Shown here: positions 32,101 to 44,224 of the stretch, one piece after another
Position numbering within the stretch: the stretch's first letter is position 1
Layout of the letters: every line of letters begins with the position of its first letter
Source: Thecamonas trahens ATCC 50062
Taxonomy: Eukaryota > Protista > Apusomonadida
Assembly (NCBI RefSeq): GCF_000142905.1
Contig: NW_013657641.1
Coordinates: 254,907 to 318,906 of the forward strand
Reading direction: 5' to 3'
DNA length: 64,000 nucleotides
Translations under genes and position numbers: made by a program
Notes under the pieces: model-generated
What the model saw: only the letters and a program-made list of their open reading frames with translations
What the model was told of the DNA's origin: nothing
The model's database searches: none

Positions 32101-33488
32101 GCCGTGGAGGACGAGATGTTTGGCGCGTTCTCGCGGGCGGTGGGCGTGGCCTCGATCCGCGAGCTGGAGCAGTCTGCAGTGGCCGAGGCCCAGCGGGCGG
32201 CCAAAAAGCGGCTGCAGTTTTCCAAGCAGCGCGCCAAGCTGCTCAACCAGATCTCGTACACGTCTGCGGCAGACCACGGGCCCGAGGTGGCGGCGCTGAA
32301 GGCGTCCATCGAGGCCGACGAGGCGCGCCTGGTCGAGCTGCAGGATGCGGCAAGTGCTGCCTCGGCCAAGATGGACGCGCTCCTCGCCGACGAGGCTGAG
32401 CTCACCAGCAAGCTGGCCGCTGCGCGCGAGGCCGAGGAGGGCATCGCGCGCCAGGTCAAAAACCTCAAGGCCGACGAGGTGCGGCTGGGCAAGGAAGCCG
32501 TGGCGCTCGCGACGGCCATCGCGTCGTCCGAGGGCGCGGCCGAGGCGCTCGTCGCTAAGCGACAGGCCATTTTCCAGCGGTGCACAGTGGACGAGATCCC
32601 AGTCCCGCTCCGCGCCGGCGGCTTCCTCACCGATGCGGCGGTGCTTGCCGGTGGCGATGCGGTCGAGGTGGACTTTTCAGGCCTCGCCCGCGCGCTCAAG
32701 GCTGTCGACCGCGCCACTGACCGCATGCCGGCAGACAAGTACGCCAAGTACGACGCCGCGTTTGAAGAGCGCCTCCGCCAAATCTCCAAGGACATCGAGA
32801 CCATGGCGCCGAACCTCAAGGCCATCGAGCGGCTCGACGAGCTCGCGGCCAAGTTCAAGGAGACGTCGGCCGAGTTTGACCACGCCCGCTCAGAATCCAA
32901 GGTTGCCAACGAGCGCTTTGCACGCATCCAGAAGCTGCGGACCGACCGCTACCGCGACGCGTACGACCACATCGCGCGGGTCATCGACGAGATCTACAAG
33001 GAGCTCACAAAGTCGGAACTCAACTACGCGGGTGGCACCGCGTTCCTCTCGCTCGAGTCGCCCGAAGAGCCGTACCTCCGCGGCGTCAAGTTCAACGCCA
33101 TGCCGCCCAACAAGCGGTTCCGCAACATGGAGGACCTGTCCGGCGGTGAGAAGACCGTCGCCGCCCTCGCCCTCCTCTTTGCCATCCACTCGTACCGGCC
33201 GTCGCCGTTCTTTGTCATGGACGAGGTCGATGCCGCCCTCGACTCCAAGAACGTCAAGCGCGTCGCCGAGTACATCCGCACCCGCTCCTCAGACTTTCAG
33301 TGTATCGTCATCTCGCTCAAGGACACGTTTTTGACAAGGCTGACGCCCTCGTCGGCGTCTACCGCGAGCGCGCTGACGAGCCCGACGGCGCTGCCTCGTC
33401 GTCGCCGTCACCCGAGCCCGAGGCCGAGCCGCCTGCCCTCCCCACCTTTTCGCGCACTCTCACCCTTGATCTCCGCGACTATGCATAG
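29195..33488 (+). CDS. SMC1: Cohesin subunit SMC1; intron 29499-29810; apparent frameshifts near 30263 and 33330
   Basis: NFKSYKG, GPNGAG|KSNLMDAISFVLG, ARNFLVFQGDVE, hinge GTATFLPL, LSGGEKTVAALALLFAIH, FFVMDEVDAALD and VISLK..F[F]DKADALVGV. Confidence 0.95.
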
Positions 33489-33803
33489 CTTTCTCTGCAC
33501 CCAGTTGTTTTAAATGATGTTGATCAATCGCTGGACATGCACACGCACACACACCTCGCTCTACAGGTTCTCCCTCTCTCCCTCTCCACGAACGGCCACG
33601 CACAGTGCGACTCGGCCGACTCCCTGCCAACTCGGGGCGAATGGCAAACTCACTGCCCGCGCCCGCGCCACGCCACTCACCGCGCCACGCCACGCCACTC
33701 ACCACGCCACTCCCCCCACCGCCCACCCCCCCCCCCCCCCACCCCACCACCACCAACCACCACCACCAACCACCACCACCAACCACACACCCTTGTAATC
33801 ACC

Positions 33804-35873
33804 ATGGTGCACCGAGTGTGGATAGAGCGGTATGTGCTCCTCGCAGTTGCAGCTGTGGCTGTGGCAGTCATTGCCGGCGGCGCCCTGACCACCACCCAAT
33901 GCGCCCGCCATTTGCTGTGGTCGGCCACGGCGCCGACCTCCTCGCACTCGAAGCCAACCGGGGCGAGCCGTTCCAGTCCAGGGTCTGGGTATGGCTCTGC
34001 GGGCACTGCCGGTGCAGTTGGAAGCCATGGCGCACCCCTCCCGCCATCGGCAGAACACGGATCGTGGTGGTCGTGGTCACCGTCGCCCTCTCACTCATCT
34101 CCGGCGTCGTCGTCATCATCGTCGTCCTCGTCGTCGTCCGCCCACTCGTACTCGACACTCAACAAGTACACCGGGTACGCTGAGTGCTACCTGGTCTCGC
34201 TATATCAGGCCTCGCTACGGGCACTGTGGATCTCGCTGGTGGCGCCTGTTCGGGCCATGGCGTGGTGTCCCTCGCCGCAGGCCGAGGCCGGGGCGCTTGA
34301 TGCCAGCGGAGATCCTTTGCCTCTGTCGCCGTTTTGCGAGTCGTCGCTGCTGGTGATGCGGGTGACCAGCAGCGTACTCGAGGTTGTGCTCCTCTCACCA
34401 GCGTCGTACGTCCACAAGCTGTACTTGGCGCTTAACGGGGCGGCATTTGCGGCGTACAAGGCGGTGCTGCTGGCGACGCTGCCGGGCGAGGTGGCGGCGG
34501 CGATGATGCCGGCGGCGGTCGGTGCCGCCGGCCAGGCGCAGGCCGGTGGAAATCCGTGGGATGCATCGCCGGGCAGGAGCAGCGGGGGCTTTGACGACGC
34601 TTCCGCCCCGGGCGCAGCACAGCCTGGTGCGCTGTATGTGCTCGGCTCGCTGAGCTCGCTTGTGATGGGCGGGCTGTACGGCGGCGCCATGCTTGCGGGA
34701 GTGTGGGACGTAGTGCAGTACGCCAACGTGGCGTGGCTGGCGGTGGCGTGCCTCGGCGGCACGGTGCGGACGGTGGCATCGGGCGTGCTTGCGATGTCCA
34801 AGGCTGTGAGCGAGCGGACTCCGCTGGCGGCGGTGGTGGCGCTCGCATGGCTCCCGATGGTGGTGGCTGCCGGCAACGCTGCGCTCTTCCTCGTCCTCCT
34901 CACCTTGCCTGCACTGTCGCTCGGGCTGATGGCGCAAGTGCCTGCTGTTGTTGTCGGCATCCTTGTCGGGCCGAGTCTCTGGGCTGGCCAGCTGAGCACC
35001 TCGCTCATGTGGGCTGTCTCGACGCTCGGGATGTGGCTGGTGGCACGACTCGTCAAGGAGGCGCACCTTGGGACAGCGCGGCTGTTCTTTATGGTCTACT
35101 TTGACTCGACGCTGGTGGCGGACGAGTCTGTCCTTGTCCACGCGCTTGCCCTTGTGGCCTTCCGGGTCCTTCTCACGCCCATCGACCGGGCCGGGCTCCG
35201 GGGCGTGGCCGCCATCCTCGAGTGGCAGTCGCTCCTCGACCTCCTCGACGACTACACATACTACTCGACACCGCGCGAGTCGCGCAAGCCAGTGGCGAAC
35301 GGCATCGGGACCGCGACCGTGACTATGCCGCCGTCGTCGGCCCGCAAACAGCGCGCGGCGCTGGTGGCATCCAACAAGTGGAGTAGCGGGAACAAGGCCA
35401 GGCGTGCACCGCAGCGCCATCTCCCGCCGCCGCCGCCGCCGCCGATCCTTTCGCCGATTGCGCCACGGGCGCCTACCCCCCGGGGGTTCTCGACCTCGGT
35501 CGAGGCCGCCGACCCGCTCGACGACGAGCGGGTCACCTCGTTTGTGGCATACGCCGACTCGGACGACGACGAGACGACCCTCGACCGCCGCCTCGACGCC
35601 GAGCTTGTCAAGCGGCTCGGTCTGCCGCCGCCGGCCCGACCGCTATCGTCGCGGCCAGGCACGGATCGCCGGCGTCCCTCGCGCTCGGTCTCGGTCCTCG
35701 GCTCGGTCGCGCGCTCGGTCGCGCGCTCGGTTTCGGTCGCGCTCGCGCGGGTCGACGATGTCGTCCGCGCCGTCGACGAGTCGCGCCCGAACCTGCGGTC
35801 GCCGCCGCCGGTCTCGGCGCGGCCGGCTGTCCTGCGGCGGTCGTTGCGGCTCTCTGCCAAGAAGGGCGCGTGA
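33804..35873 (+). CDS. Hypothetical multi-pass membrane protein
   Basis: Long ORF with several hydrophobic segments and a Pro/Ser/Arg-rich tail. No family recognised. Confidence 0.6.
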   Translation: MVHRVWIERYVLLAVAAVAVAVIAGGALTTTQCARHLLWSATAPTSSHSKPTGASRSSPGSGYGSAGTAGAVGSHGAPLPPSAEHGSWWSWSPSPSHSSPASSSSSSSSSSSAHSYSTLNKYTGYAECYLVSLYQASLRALWISLVAPVRAMAWCPSPQAEAGALDASGDPLPLSPFCESSLLVMRVTSSVLEVVLLSPASYVHKLYLALNGAAFAAYKAVLLATLPGEVAAAMMPAAVGAAGQAQAGGNPWDASPGRSSGGFDDASAPGAAQPGALYVLGSLSSLVMGGLYGGAMLAGVWDVVQYANVAWLAVACLGGTVRTVASGVLAMSKAVSERTPLAAVVALAWLPMVVAAGNAALFLVLLTLPALSLGLMAQVPAVVVGILVGPSLWAGQLSTSLMWAVSTLGMWLVARLVKEAHLGTARLFFMVYFDSTLVADESVLVHALALVAFRVLLTPIDRAGLRGVAAILEWQSLLDLLDDYTYYSTPRESRKPVANGIGTATVTMPPSSARKQRAALVASNKWSSGNKARRAPQRHLPPPPPPPILSPIAPRAPTPRGFSTSVEAADPLDDERVTSFVAYADSDDDETTLDRRLDAELVKRLGLPPPARPLSSRPGTDRRRPSRSVSVLGSVARSVARSVSVALARVDDVVRAVDESRPNLRSPPPVSARPAVLRRSLRLSAKKGA

Positions 35874-35937
35874 GAAGTTGTTAAATGCAAGACAGCCTCT
35901 GGCATCGGAGAGAGTGTTATGATCGTGGGGAGGGAGG

Positions 35938-38339
35938 CTACGAGGCCGAGCCGGCCGCAGCGAGCTTGGCCTGAAGCTTGGCCACCATGTCCTTATACTC
36001 GGAGAGCTCCGGTGACTCGGTGTGGACCGAGGCGAGCTGGAGCTTGACGGAGCGGACGCGAGCAGCAAAGGTGAGCGAGCAGATTGTCTCGGGCGCGTTG
36101 TACGAGCCCGGGGCAACCTGGACAAACATGAGGGTCTTTGAGTCGCCACCGAGCGAGTCGGCGAGGAGAAAAGTGAGCTTGGAGTTGCGGTAGGGGATGT
36201 GGGCCTTGTTCTTGGCGGTGAGCGACTGGATGACGTCGCCGAGGGCCGAGAGTGAGCGGTTGATGTTCTGGGCCTCCTTGAGGCGCTCGGCGGTGACGCC
36301 CGACTTTGCGACGCGCTCTGAGCCGGCCAGGTCGACGAGCGAGAGCTTGCCGACGGTGGCGATGCGCGAGATCTTGTTCTGGCAGCGGGCGACGATGCGA
36401 AGGATGGCGTGCGAGCGTGACGAGTGCTCGTTCATGTCTGTGGCAAAGGTGGAGCGGTTGGCGGCGCCGCGCTGGATGACAGCAAGCACGTCGTCGAGCG
36501 AGGAGCATGTCTCCTCGACGAGGCCGGGCACGTCGATGCCCTGGGCGCCCATGCGGATGTCGAGGCGTGCCTGGATCGAGTGGACGCCCTCGGCCGGCGG
36601 CTCGGCGAGCAGGTCGTAGATGTTCTCGTTGTAGATTTCCATGTTAGAGACGGTGATCGAGATGTCGTAGTCCTCGGAGCGCTCGTCGGCGATGCGGAAG
36701 AGCTCCTGCAGGGTCCGCTTGTTGATGCCAGGGTTCTCTGGCGGACCCTCCATGGTGTACGTCTTGCCGGAGCCGGTCTGTCCGTAGGCAAAGATGCACA
36801 CGTTGTAGCCGTCGAGGACCGAGGTGACCAGCGGCTTGGTGTCCTGGAACACCTCGTCCTGCTTAGTGCCCGGCCCGTAGACGCGGTCAAACTTGAAGAT
36901 CTTGCGGATCTCCTCGCCGCGCGAGGTGTCGACCACAGCAATCTCCTCGTTGTTCATCGCGGTCGCCGCCATGATCTGCCCGGCGCCCAGCTCGGCCTCG
37001 GACAGCGGACGGGTCCGACAGTACACGCGGATGTTGCCGCGCATCTCCTGCAGCTTGTTGTACAGCTTCTTGTTCTTTTGCATGGCGACGCGGTACTTGG
37101 CCACCGCAGCCTCGGTCCGCTCAGACTCTTCCTCCACCTTGTCGCGGACCATGTCGGCAAACTGCTGGATGTCCGGCCCGATTGTCTTGCGCTGCCGGTA
37201 CGCCTCGTCCTTGAGCGCTGCAAAGTCGGACCGCAGGCTCACAAACTTGCGGTGCAGCGCACGGACGCCGTTGGCAAAGTCGGCTGTCCCGACGCCGCAA
37301 GCGTCCGCTTGAGCTTCTTCAGCATCGCCTCCTTCTGCTCGGCATCGGTGGCAGAGAGCGCCTCCAGCTCGTCGATGCGCTGCTGCAGCGCCTTGCGCTC
37401 CTCCTCGCGCTTGCTCTCCTCGGCATGCATCTGCTTCTCCATCCATTCCTTGAGCTTCAGCTCCTTGGCGGCAAACTCAGACTGCATCTTCTCCAGCTCG
37501 GCCGCCGGCACCGAGCCGCCAGCACCGTCGGCTCCATCGGCCTCGTCACCCTCGTCGCCCTCGTCGCCGGCCTCGCTCTTGCCGGTCACCGCCGCCAGCT
37601 TCTGCTTGTACTTGGCCTCCCGCTTCTGAAGCTTTGCAACTTGGGCCTGCAGCGCCTGCACCTCAGCCCCATCCCCGCCCGCTCCACTGGCCGAGCCCAC
37701 CGGCGGGCCGTTGAGCAGCTCCTCGCGAGCGTCGAGCAGCTCCTTGTGGGTCTTCCGCACAGCCGCCAGCTCCTTCTCCAGCCGCTCGAACGAGTCCCTC
37801 ACCGTCTGTTCCAGCACCTTGTTCTCTATCTCCCCCAGTCCCCACCGCCACCGTCACACCCACCAGTCCGTCCGTTCCCCCCCCCCACCCCGGATTTCCC
37901 ATGCCCATGTCCAACCCAGCCAACCAGTGAGTCGCACCGTCCGCCTGCTGTGAGCGGACTATTTTTTTGCTCTCCAACCAACGATCATGACCACGTCTGA
38001 ACGATGACATGCTCTCAGCCAACGATCATTGCCATTGTTGAGGACATATGCTTGTGATGGAGAACGCCATCATTCCATGGGCAGCCATCTCAAGCTCATG
38101 CCATCGTAATCGTTGCCATTCGCCGGCCGATGCTCTCATCATCGTCCACCGCTCGCCGGCCGAACCTCCCGCCCACCACTGAGGCACCGGCCACACACAC
38201 ACACCTCCTCCGCACGTATGCGTGCTGTCGAGGGCGGGAAAGGGGGTGAGTGGGGTGGGACAAAGGCTGACGTACCTTTGAGTACAATCTTCAGCTTCTT
38301 ACGGAGCTTCAGATTCTCCTGCTCCTTGGCTGAAGACAT
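35938..38339 (-). CDS. Kinesin-14 (C-terminal motor, KIFC3-like); intron 37826-38275; frameshift near 37295
   Basis: Coiled coil, then LQEMRGNIRVYCRTRP, DGYNVCIFAYGQTGSGKTYTM, NEHSSRSH, LVDLAGSER and HIPYRNSKLT. Confidence 0.93.
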
Positions 38340-39099
38340 GGTGGTCTCCGCTGAGGGAGAGGGTCAGGTGGTGTCTTTGGACGCCCGCCCGCCCGACTCG
38401 CCCGCCACACTCGCCGGCTCGACCGACATGCCCCGCTGACCATCCATCCGACTGGACACATTGATCGATCCAAGCCGGGTTCTGGACATCGATGATTTGG
38501 GTTTAGATGGGCGGTGCGGGAGAGGGTAGGAGGGGGGGGGGGCAACGGGGTGATGAAGGGCGGAGAAGTGGTCGTGTGGTCGGACTTGGGGTGCGGTTGA
38601 GTGGGGTGACTGTGGGGACGGGTGGACTGCGTATAAAAGCATGAAAAGGTGAGCATGTGTACCACAGAGGTAGCTGTTGTGTGTTGCGCGCGGCAGTGTG
38701 CGTGCAATCGACAACGATGGCCTGTATCGTGGTTTGTCTCGCCATGCCCACAGCATCAAGTCTCCCTTGCAATTGCGGTGACATAGTAAACATTACGCAA
38801 AGATCTGACGGATCATGTTTTTTCTCAGTCACCCATGACAAGAACATACACCGTCACACCTGATACGACACGTTACACCTTTAGCAGCTACACAGCACCT
38901 TGACAACTATCTCAGATAGTACATATCCAACTTTGAGCGCGTCCATGATCTTAAAGCAGCCAATAGAGCCCCAAATCATCAAACTGGGCGCGGATGTGTA
39001 CCTCGTCGCGGCAAATCAACTCAAATGGCGCGCAACGGCAGCGGTGGCGGAGGCGAAGCAGACAGGGGAGACCAAGTGCTCTCTCTATATCTTTCTGTG

Positions 39100-39717
39100 A
39101 TGCTCAAGTTGCTGGGATTGGGGCATCGGCACTCGCATGGCGCGGGTCGCAGGCTCTCTGCGCGGGACCAGTCGCGGAGGCGAGGTGCTGCGGCGCTGGC
39201 TGTGTTGTGTGGGGTGGCGAGTCTGACCTTTGTGTTCTTTCTTCCGGACGAGGCGTCGCCTGTCCGACGGGCGCTGTTTGCGCCACATGATCCGTGCCTC
39301 TCGGTGGTGTACACAAGCGCAGCGGCGATGGCCAAGGGCGTGCTGGGCCAAGCCCGAGGGCTTGTGGCCGAGCTTGTAGTCTTTGACAAGGATGGCCAGT
39401 GCTCGGTGGAGGCTATTCAGGCGGCGGCAAGTCCGCGGCTGGTCCTCGCTGCCGACGCACCGTTCTGCGCCAAGCAGAGCGCGTGGCTTCTGCCATCGCA
39501 ACAGAGCGCGAGCGGGCTGCGGGTCCTAGTCGATGAGCAGCCGCTGGAGAAGCACGCGGCAGTGGCCGAGCTAGGCGTGGACGGCAGCGGCGGCAGCGGT
39601 CGGCAGGGAGAGCCTGCGTATGCGGTGGCACGGGTGTGCCCGACAAGCAACGGCGGGCATTGGCGGCTTGTAGAGCGAGTCTTCCACGTCTTTGAGGCAG
39701 AAGCCAACAGCAAGTAG
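39100..39717 (+). CDS. Hypothetical protein with one TM segment
   Basis: ORF with hydrophobic stretch AALAVLCGVASLTFVFFL. It converges tightly on the kinase gene. Confidence 0.4.
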   Translation: MLKLLGLGHRHSHGAGRRLSARDQSRRRGAAALAVLCGVASLTFVFFLPDEASPVRRALFAPHDPCLSVVYTSAAAMAKGVLGQARGLVAELVVFDKDGQCSVEAIQAAASPRLVLAADAPFCAKQSAWLLPSQQSASGLRVLVDEQPLEKHAAVAELGVDGSGGSGRQGEPAYAVARVCPTSNGGHWRLVERVFHVFEAEANSK

Positions 39718-39742
39718 CCAGCAGCAAGGAGCGGGACTTGTC

Positions 39743-41776
39743 CTATCCGCGCTTGGCCGAGCGGCGCTCCTTGGACGAGCCGCGGGCGGAGCCGGCTGGT
39801 GAGTTGCGGCGGGTCTTCTTGGACGACGCAGTCGTCGCACGCATGTACGACGGCACGCTCTTGGCCGAGGAGGTGAGGGTCGAGCTCACCGACCGCGGCG
39901 AGGCGCGCATGAGGTGACTCCCGCTCGGTGGTCCCGAGGTGGTAGTAGCAGCGTCGGCGGCGGAGGTGTTGAGCATCGGCATCGACGAGTGGCCCTCGCC
40001 CGAGAGCGAGCGCTTTCGGCTGGACGGCGCAGCGACGATCGATCTCGGCGAGAGCTTGCGGGTGCGCTCGCCCTGGGAAGCGGCAATGCGCGAGATAGAC
40101 AAGGGAACGACGTTGTGGACGACCGATGGCGCCAAGCTGACGTCCTGGTCCGAAGCCAGCGAGCCGGAGTCTGCGCCAGCAGAGTCGATGGCGGCATCGT
40201 CTGATACTTGATCGTTGTCGTCTGCAGGGATGCCGGCTGGTGAGTCAGGCGGTAGCTCTGAGCCTGTAGCGGAGCGGCCGATGCCGCGCCAGAGATAGGC
40301 GGTGGCCAGAACGACATGCATGGCCTTGCGGAGGCGTGCGCGGGCCTTGAAGGATAGAAGCATCTCAAACATGGTAGGCTGGATGACGGCGTCGGCATCG
40401 GCTTGGCCGGTCAGCCACGGATGGGTCAGGGCCTCGGCGGCCGAGTAGCGCTCGATGGGGTTGACAGCCAAGAGCCGGGCGAGCAGGTCTGCGCCGAGGT
40501 CCGAGAGTGGGACGTGCGGCGGGAGTGAGTACTCGCCGCCAGCAATGAGGGCAAAGAGAGCCTCGGTCGACTTTGAGCGGAATGGCAGCTTGCCGACGAG
40601 CAGAACGTACATGATGATGCCGAGTGACCAGACGTCGCACTTTTCCGAGTAGACCTGGCGGTCGTTGATGACCTCGGGCGCCATGTACGCCGGCGTTCCG
40701 CACTTGTCGTCCATGACGTGGTCCGAGTCCATGCGGTAGGAGAGGCCAAAGTCGGAGACCTTGATCTTGGACAAGTCGTCCTTGACCAGCAGGATGTTGG
40801 CAGGCTTGAGGTCGCGATGCGCAATGCGCTGCGAGTGCATGTAGCCGATGGCCTCGAGCAGCTGCTTCATCACCACGCGGGTCTCGGCTTCCGAGAGTGG
40901 GTGCGCCGAGGAGACCCGGTCACGGAGCTCAAACTCACACAGCTCCATGACAATATACATGTGCATGTCTGTCTGCATCACCCGCTTGAGCTGGACTACC
41001 GACTTGTGGTGCAGCCGCTTCATGATGCCTACCTCGTAGAGCAGACCCTTAAACGACGACTCGTCGGTCTTCTTCAGCTCCACGGTCTTGATAGCGTACT
41101 CCTCGCCCGACACCACATCTCTGCAGCGATAGACTGTGCCGTACGCTCCCTGGCCCAGCACGTCCAGGATCTCGTAGTAGTCCTCGACCTCGCGGACAAG
41201 CTCGCCCATGCTGTCGCCATCGATGGCAAGCGAGATTCGCCGCCGCCGCTCCAGCGCGCTCGACGTCGATCCCCTGCGCTCGTTGGCCGAGCCCTTGCTT
41301 CTTGCGCCACCCTTTGTGCTGCGCATTCTAAGCGGCGACAGCGTAGACGCTGAGCCTGACGCAGGCGGAGCTAGCCGGGCAGAGGGGCGGCCTTCCCGTC
41401 CGCTCCCGCCCGCCGACCGCAGGCCAGAGGAGTTCTTCGCCGACGTACGCCTGCCGACAGGCCGGGCGCCACCACTTGCAGAGCCACCATGGCGTGAGCG
41501 AGAGTCCCCCGAGCCAGACAGCTCGCCTCCTCCTGTTGCATTCTTCCCAGCCGAGCCTCTTGACGCCCGTGAGCTGCCTGGCGTTGTTCCTCTCGACGAG
41601 GCCGACCCGCTGGCACCACCACCAACCGGTTGGCGACTCTGAGCTCTCCCTGGGAGACCCGGACCAGCCGAGGCAGACAGACCACGACCAGAACGAGAGC
41701 CTGTCTCACTCTCGCCTATTGTACCATTGCCTTCGGAGCCTCCTTGTCCTCCTCGCTTGCTGCTGCCTCGCCTCAT
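39743..41776 (-). CDS. CAMK-group Ser/Thr protein kinase (STK33-like)
   Basis: LGQGAYGTV, AIK, HRDLKPANILL, DFG, CGTPAYMAPE and KCDVWSLG; post-kinase PTMFEML resembles STK33. Confidence 0.9.
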   Translation of the reverse strand: MRRGSSKRGGQGGSEGNGTIGESETGSRSGRGLSASAGPGLPGRAQSRQPVGGGASGSASSRGTTPGSSRASRGSAGKNATGGGELSGSGDSRSRHGGSASGGARPVGRRTSAKNSSGLRSAGGSGREGRPSARLAPPASGSASTLSPLRMRSTKGGARSKGSANERRGSTSSALERRRRISLAIDGDSMGELVREVEDYYEILDVLGQGAYGTVYRCRDVVSGEEYAIKTVELKKTDESSFKGLLYEVGIMKRLHHKSVVQLKRVMQTDMHMYIVMELCEFELRDRVSSAHPLSEAETRVVMKQLLEAIGYMHSQRIAHRDLKPANILLVKDDLSKIKVSDFGLSYRMDSDHVMDDKCGTPAYMAPEVINDRQVYSEKCDVWSLGIIMYVLLVGKLPFRSKSTEALFALIAGGEYSLPPHVPLSDLGADLLARLLAVNPIERYSAAEALTHPWLTGQADADAVIQPTMFEMLLSFKARARLRKAMHVVLATAYLWRGIGRSATGSELPPDSPAGIPADDNDQVSDDAAIDSAGADSGSLASDQDVSLAPSVVHNVVPLSISRIAASQGERTRKLSPRSIVAAPSSRKRSLSGEGHSSMPMLNTSAADAATTTSGPPSGSHLMRASPRSVSSTLTSSAKSVPSYMRATTASSKKTRRNSPAGSARGSSKERRSAKRG

Positions 41777-42230
41777 CACCCACGCCCACCACGACCCTCG
41801 GTGAGTGCGATGTGCTCCAAACAACCGTCCGCCCATCGAACGTTGCCAATGGACGTTGTCATGCCACCTGCCGCACGGATCGGCTTGGCCCACCATATCA
41901 GGCCACCCATCGATTCGCTCACACTGCGCATCTTACAGCTGCTACTCATTGGACGAGCAGCAGGTATGGCGGGCCGACAGCAGCTGTGTGTGTGTGTGGG
42001 GGGGGGGGGGGGGGGCGGATGCTTGTTGGTGAACGTGTGTTTGATCGAGAGTGATAGTGGTGCTGGGTGCGCAAGGTGGCGCCAGCAGCGGTGGCGGGTG
42101 CGAGCTGGCGGTGCGTTGCGAGCGGGGGTGGGAGCACACCTGTCGTTAGTAGCGGGCAAGAAGGCACCCAGGGACAAGACCAGGCAGGACCACTTGCTTG
42201 GTGCTGGTTTAAAGGGCAGGAGAAGCAGCA

Positions 42231-42282
42231 CGAGCCAGAGTCAGAGCGCGAGCCTGAGCGAGAGCCGGAGCCTGGGCGAGAG

Positions 42283-42325
<43 letters not shown>

Positions 42326-42330
42326 CAGAG
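42231..42330. repeat. (GAGCCA)n hexanucleotide repeat in the divergent kinase/RJL intergenic region
   Basis: Seen directly in the sequence. Confidence 0.9.
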
Positions 42331-42384
42331 TGAGCGCGAGGGCGAGCGGGAGCAATTGAGCCAGACAGAGCACGTATACACAAC

Positions 42385-43097
42385 ATGGCATCATCATCGA
42401 GGCAACTGCGCGAGCCGATGCGGATCAAGATTTTGTCCATGGGATCGGGCGGTGTCGGCAAGTCGTGCCTCATCAAGCGGTACTGCGAGGGACGGGTATG
42501 TAGGGAGTGGGAGCGTAATGGTGAGGGGGCGGGTGGGCGGCGAGGGGGGGGGGGATGAGGAATGGGTGCGCATGGCAGAACAGCTCACGATGGAGAGAAA
42601 TCGCCATGTCTGTGGGACGGATGTGTATGGATATTGGGGGGGGGGGGGGGAGGCGGACGGGCGGACAGTTTGTGGGCAAGTACATCTCGACCATCGGGGT
42701 GGACTACGGCGTGAAGACGGTGCCGTACGATAACTACGATCTCAAGGTCAACTTCTGGGATCTTTCCGGCCATCCTGAGTTCTTTGACGTCCGCAACGAG
42801 TTCTACAGAGATACACAGGGCGCTATGCTGGTCTTTGACGTCTCGTCTCGCTCGTCGTTTGCTGATCTTGAGGCGTGGATCCGCGAGGCCGAGCAGTACG
42901 GCGCCGGTGACGCTCAGATCATTGTCGTCGGAAACAAGGTTGATCTGGACCGGACCGTCTCGGCCAAGGAAGGCAAGGCATGGGCCCGTGCTCATGGCTA
43001 CGAGTACTTTGAGGCCTCGGCCAAGTCCGGCGAGGGCGTCGACGACATCTTTGAGCACCTCTTCGAGTCCATCGCCTCAGCCAACCAGCTGACCTGA
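42385..43097 (+). CDS. RJL: RJL-family small GTPase (DNAJC27/RBJ-like, no J domain); intron 42496-42668
   Basis: RIKILSMGSGGVGKSCLIKRYCEGR|FVGKYISTIGVDYGVK...WDLSGHPEFFDVRNEFYRDTQG, plus GNKVD and EASAK. Confidence 0.9.
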
Positions 43098-43228
43098 TTG
43101 CCGTCATGGCGGAGCAAGTGAACGAACGATCCATGCCTTTCCCCTCAGTAGCTGTACATTGATCTGTGTCGTTGGCACAAGCGGAGTCCTGTCTGCGCCA
43201 CACGTGTCTCGTGACTGGTCCGGCTTCC

Positions 43229-44224
43229 ATGGCGTCCGAGCCTGACAGCTCTGTCATCGAGATCGCCACCGGGATTCGGCGCGTGGTCGTCTACGCCATG
43301 TCTGACCTCCATGTCGACGAGTCACCCAACTCGGTGGTCCTGGATCGGCTGGTCGACGAGCTGGAGGGCGACAGCGGCAGCGGGAGCAGTAGCGCGAGCG
43401 GCGAGCCGGAGGCCGAGAGCGCGTTCCGATTGGCCGTCGTGGCGGGTGACGTGGCGCGGCGGCACGAGGACGTCGGTGCGGCTCTGCTTGCGCTCGTGGC
43501 TGTCTTTGACGCTGTTGTCTATGTCCCAGGCAACAACGAGCTCCGGCTCAGCTCGTCGGCTCGTGGCTCGGGCATGCTCTCCACCGAGGCGTTTGAGCAG
43601 GCGCGGGCGGCGGCTGCTCGGGCCGGCGCCATTGTCGACACGGCGATTGTGGGCGATGTCCTCGTTGTTCCGCTCGCAGGATGGCACTCGGCGCACTTTG
43701 ATGGCGGCAAGCACTTTACCGGCGATGTGGCGTACCAGCGGCGATTCCTCGACTTTCGCGCCACCCGATGGCCGAGCTCGTGGCCGTCGGCCAGCCTCGA
43801 CGGCGCGCCCGACGCGGCGGCAGAGTACTTTGCCCAGTTCAATGCTGGCAACATGGCGGCGGCCAAAGCGGTGCTTCAGAGGAGGGACAAGCGGATTTCT
43901 GCGCTGATCACGGCCTCGCACTTTTTGCCTCGCCTCGACGTGCTGCCTTGGCGGGCGCGGACGTTCATGTCGTCGGACGTGGTCAAGGTCATCGGCGACG
44001 ACCGCATCGAAGACCAGATCCGCGAGCTACACACGGAGCTCGACGGCGAGCATGGTACTGCCCACGTCCACGTTTCGGGCCACGTTCACATCAATCACAA
44101 CAAGGTCTGTGAAGGCGTGCGCTACGTTCAGAACGCGCTTGGGCACCGCCGCGAGCGGGCGCGCAGCTGCTGGACGTGGCTCTCGTCGGACGATGACTAC
44201 GCACCGCTGGCGATCTTTCCCTAG
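43229..44224 (+). CDS. Calcineurin-like metallophosphoesterase (bacterial-like)
   Basis: SDLH, AGDV, PGNNEL, SHFLP and GHVH motifs. Confidence 0.85.
   Translation: MASEPDSSVIEIATGIRRVVVYAMSDLHVDESPNSVVLDRLVDELEGDSGSGSSSASGEPEAESAFRLAVVAGDVARRHEDVGAALLALVAVFDAVVYVPGNNELRLSSSARGSGMLSTEAFEQARAAAARAGAIVDTAIVGDVLVVPLAGWHSAHFDGGKHFTGDVAYQRRFLDFRATRWPSSWPSASLDGAPDAAAEYFAQFNAGNMAAAKAVLQRRDKRISALITASHFLPRLDVLPWRARTFMSSDVVKVIGDDRIEDQIRELHTELDGEHGTAHVHVSGHVHINHNKVCEGVRYVQNALGHRRERARSCWTWLSSDDDYAPLAIFP

Noticed and set aside
37960-38950. AT-richer stretches (kinesin intron with repeated CCAACGATCAT; region after TATAAAA at about 38632) as ncRNA genes
   Set aside because: No C/D, H/ACA, tRNA or snRNA signature could be assigned by eye. 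An Rfam search would be needed.
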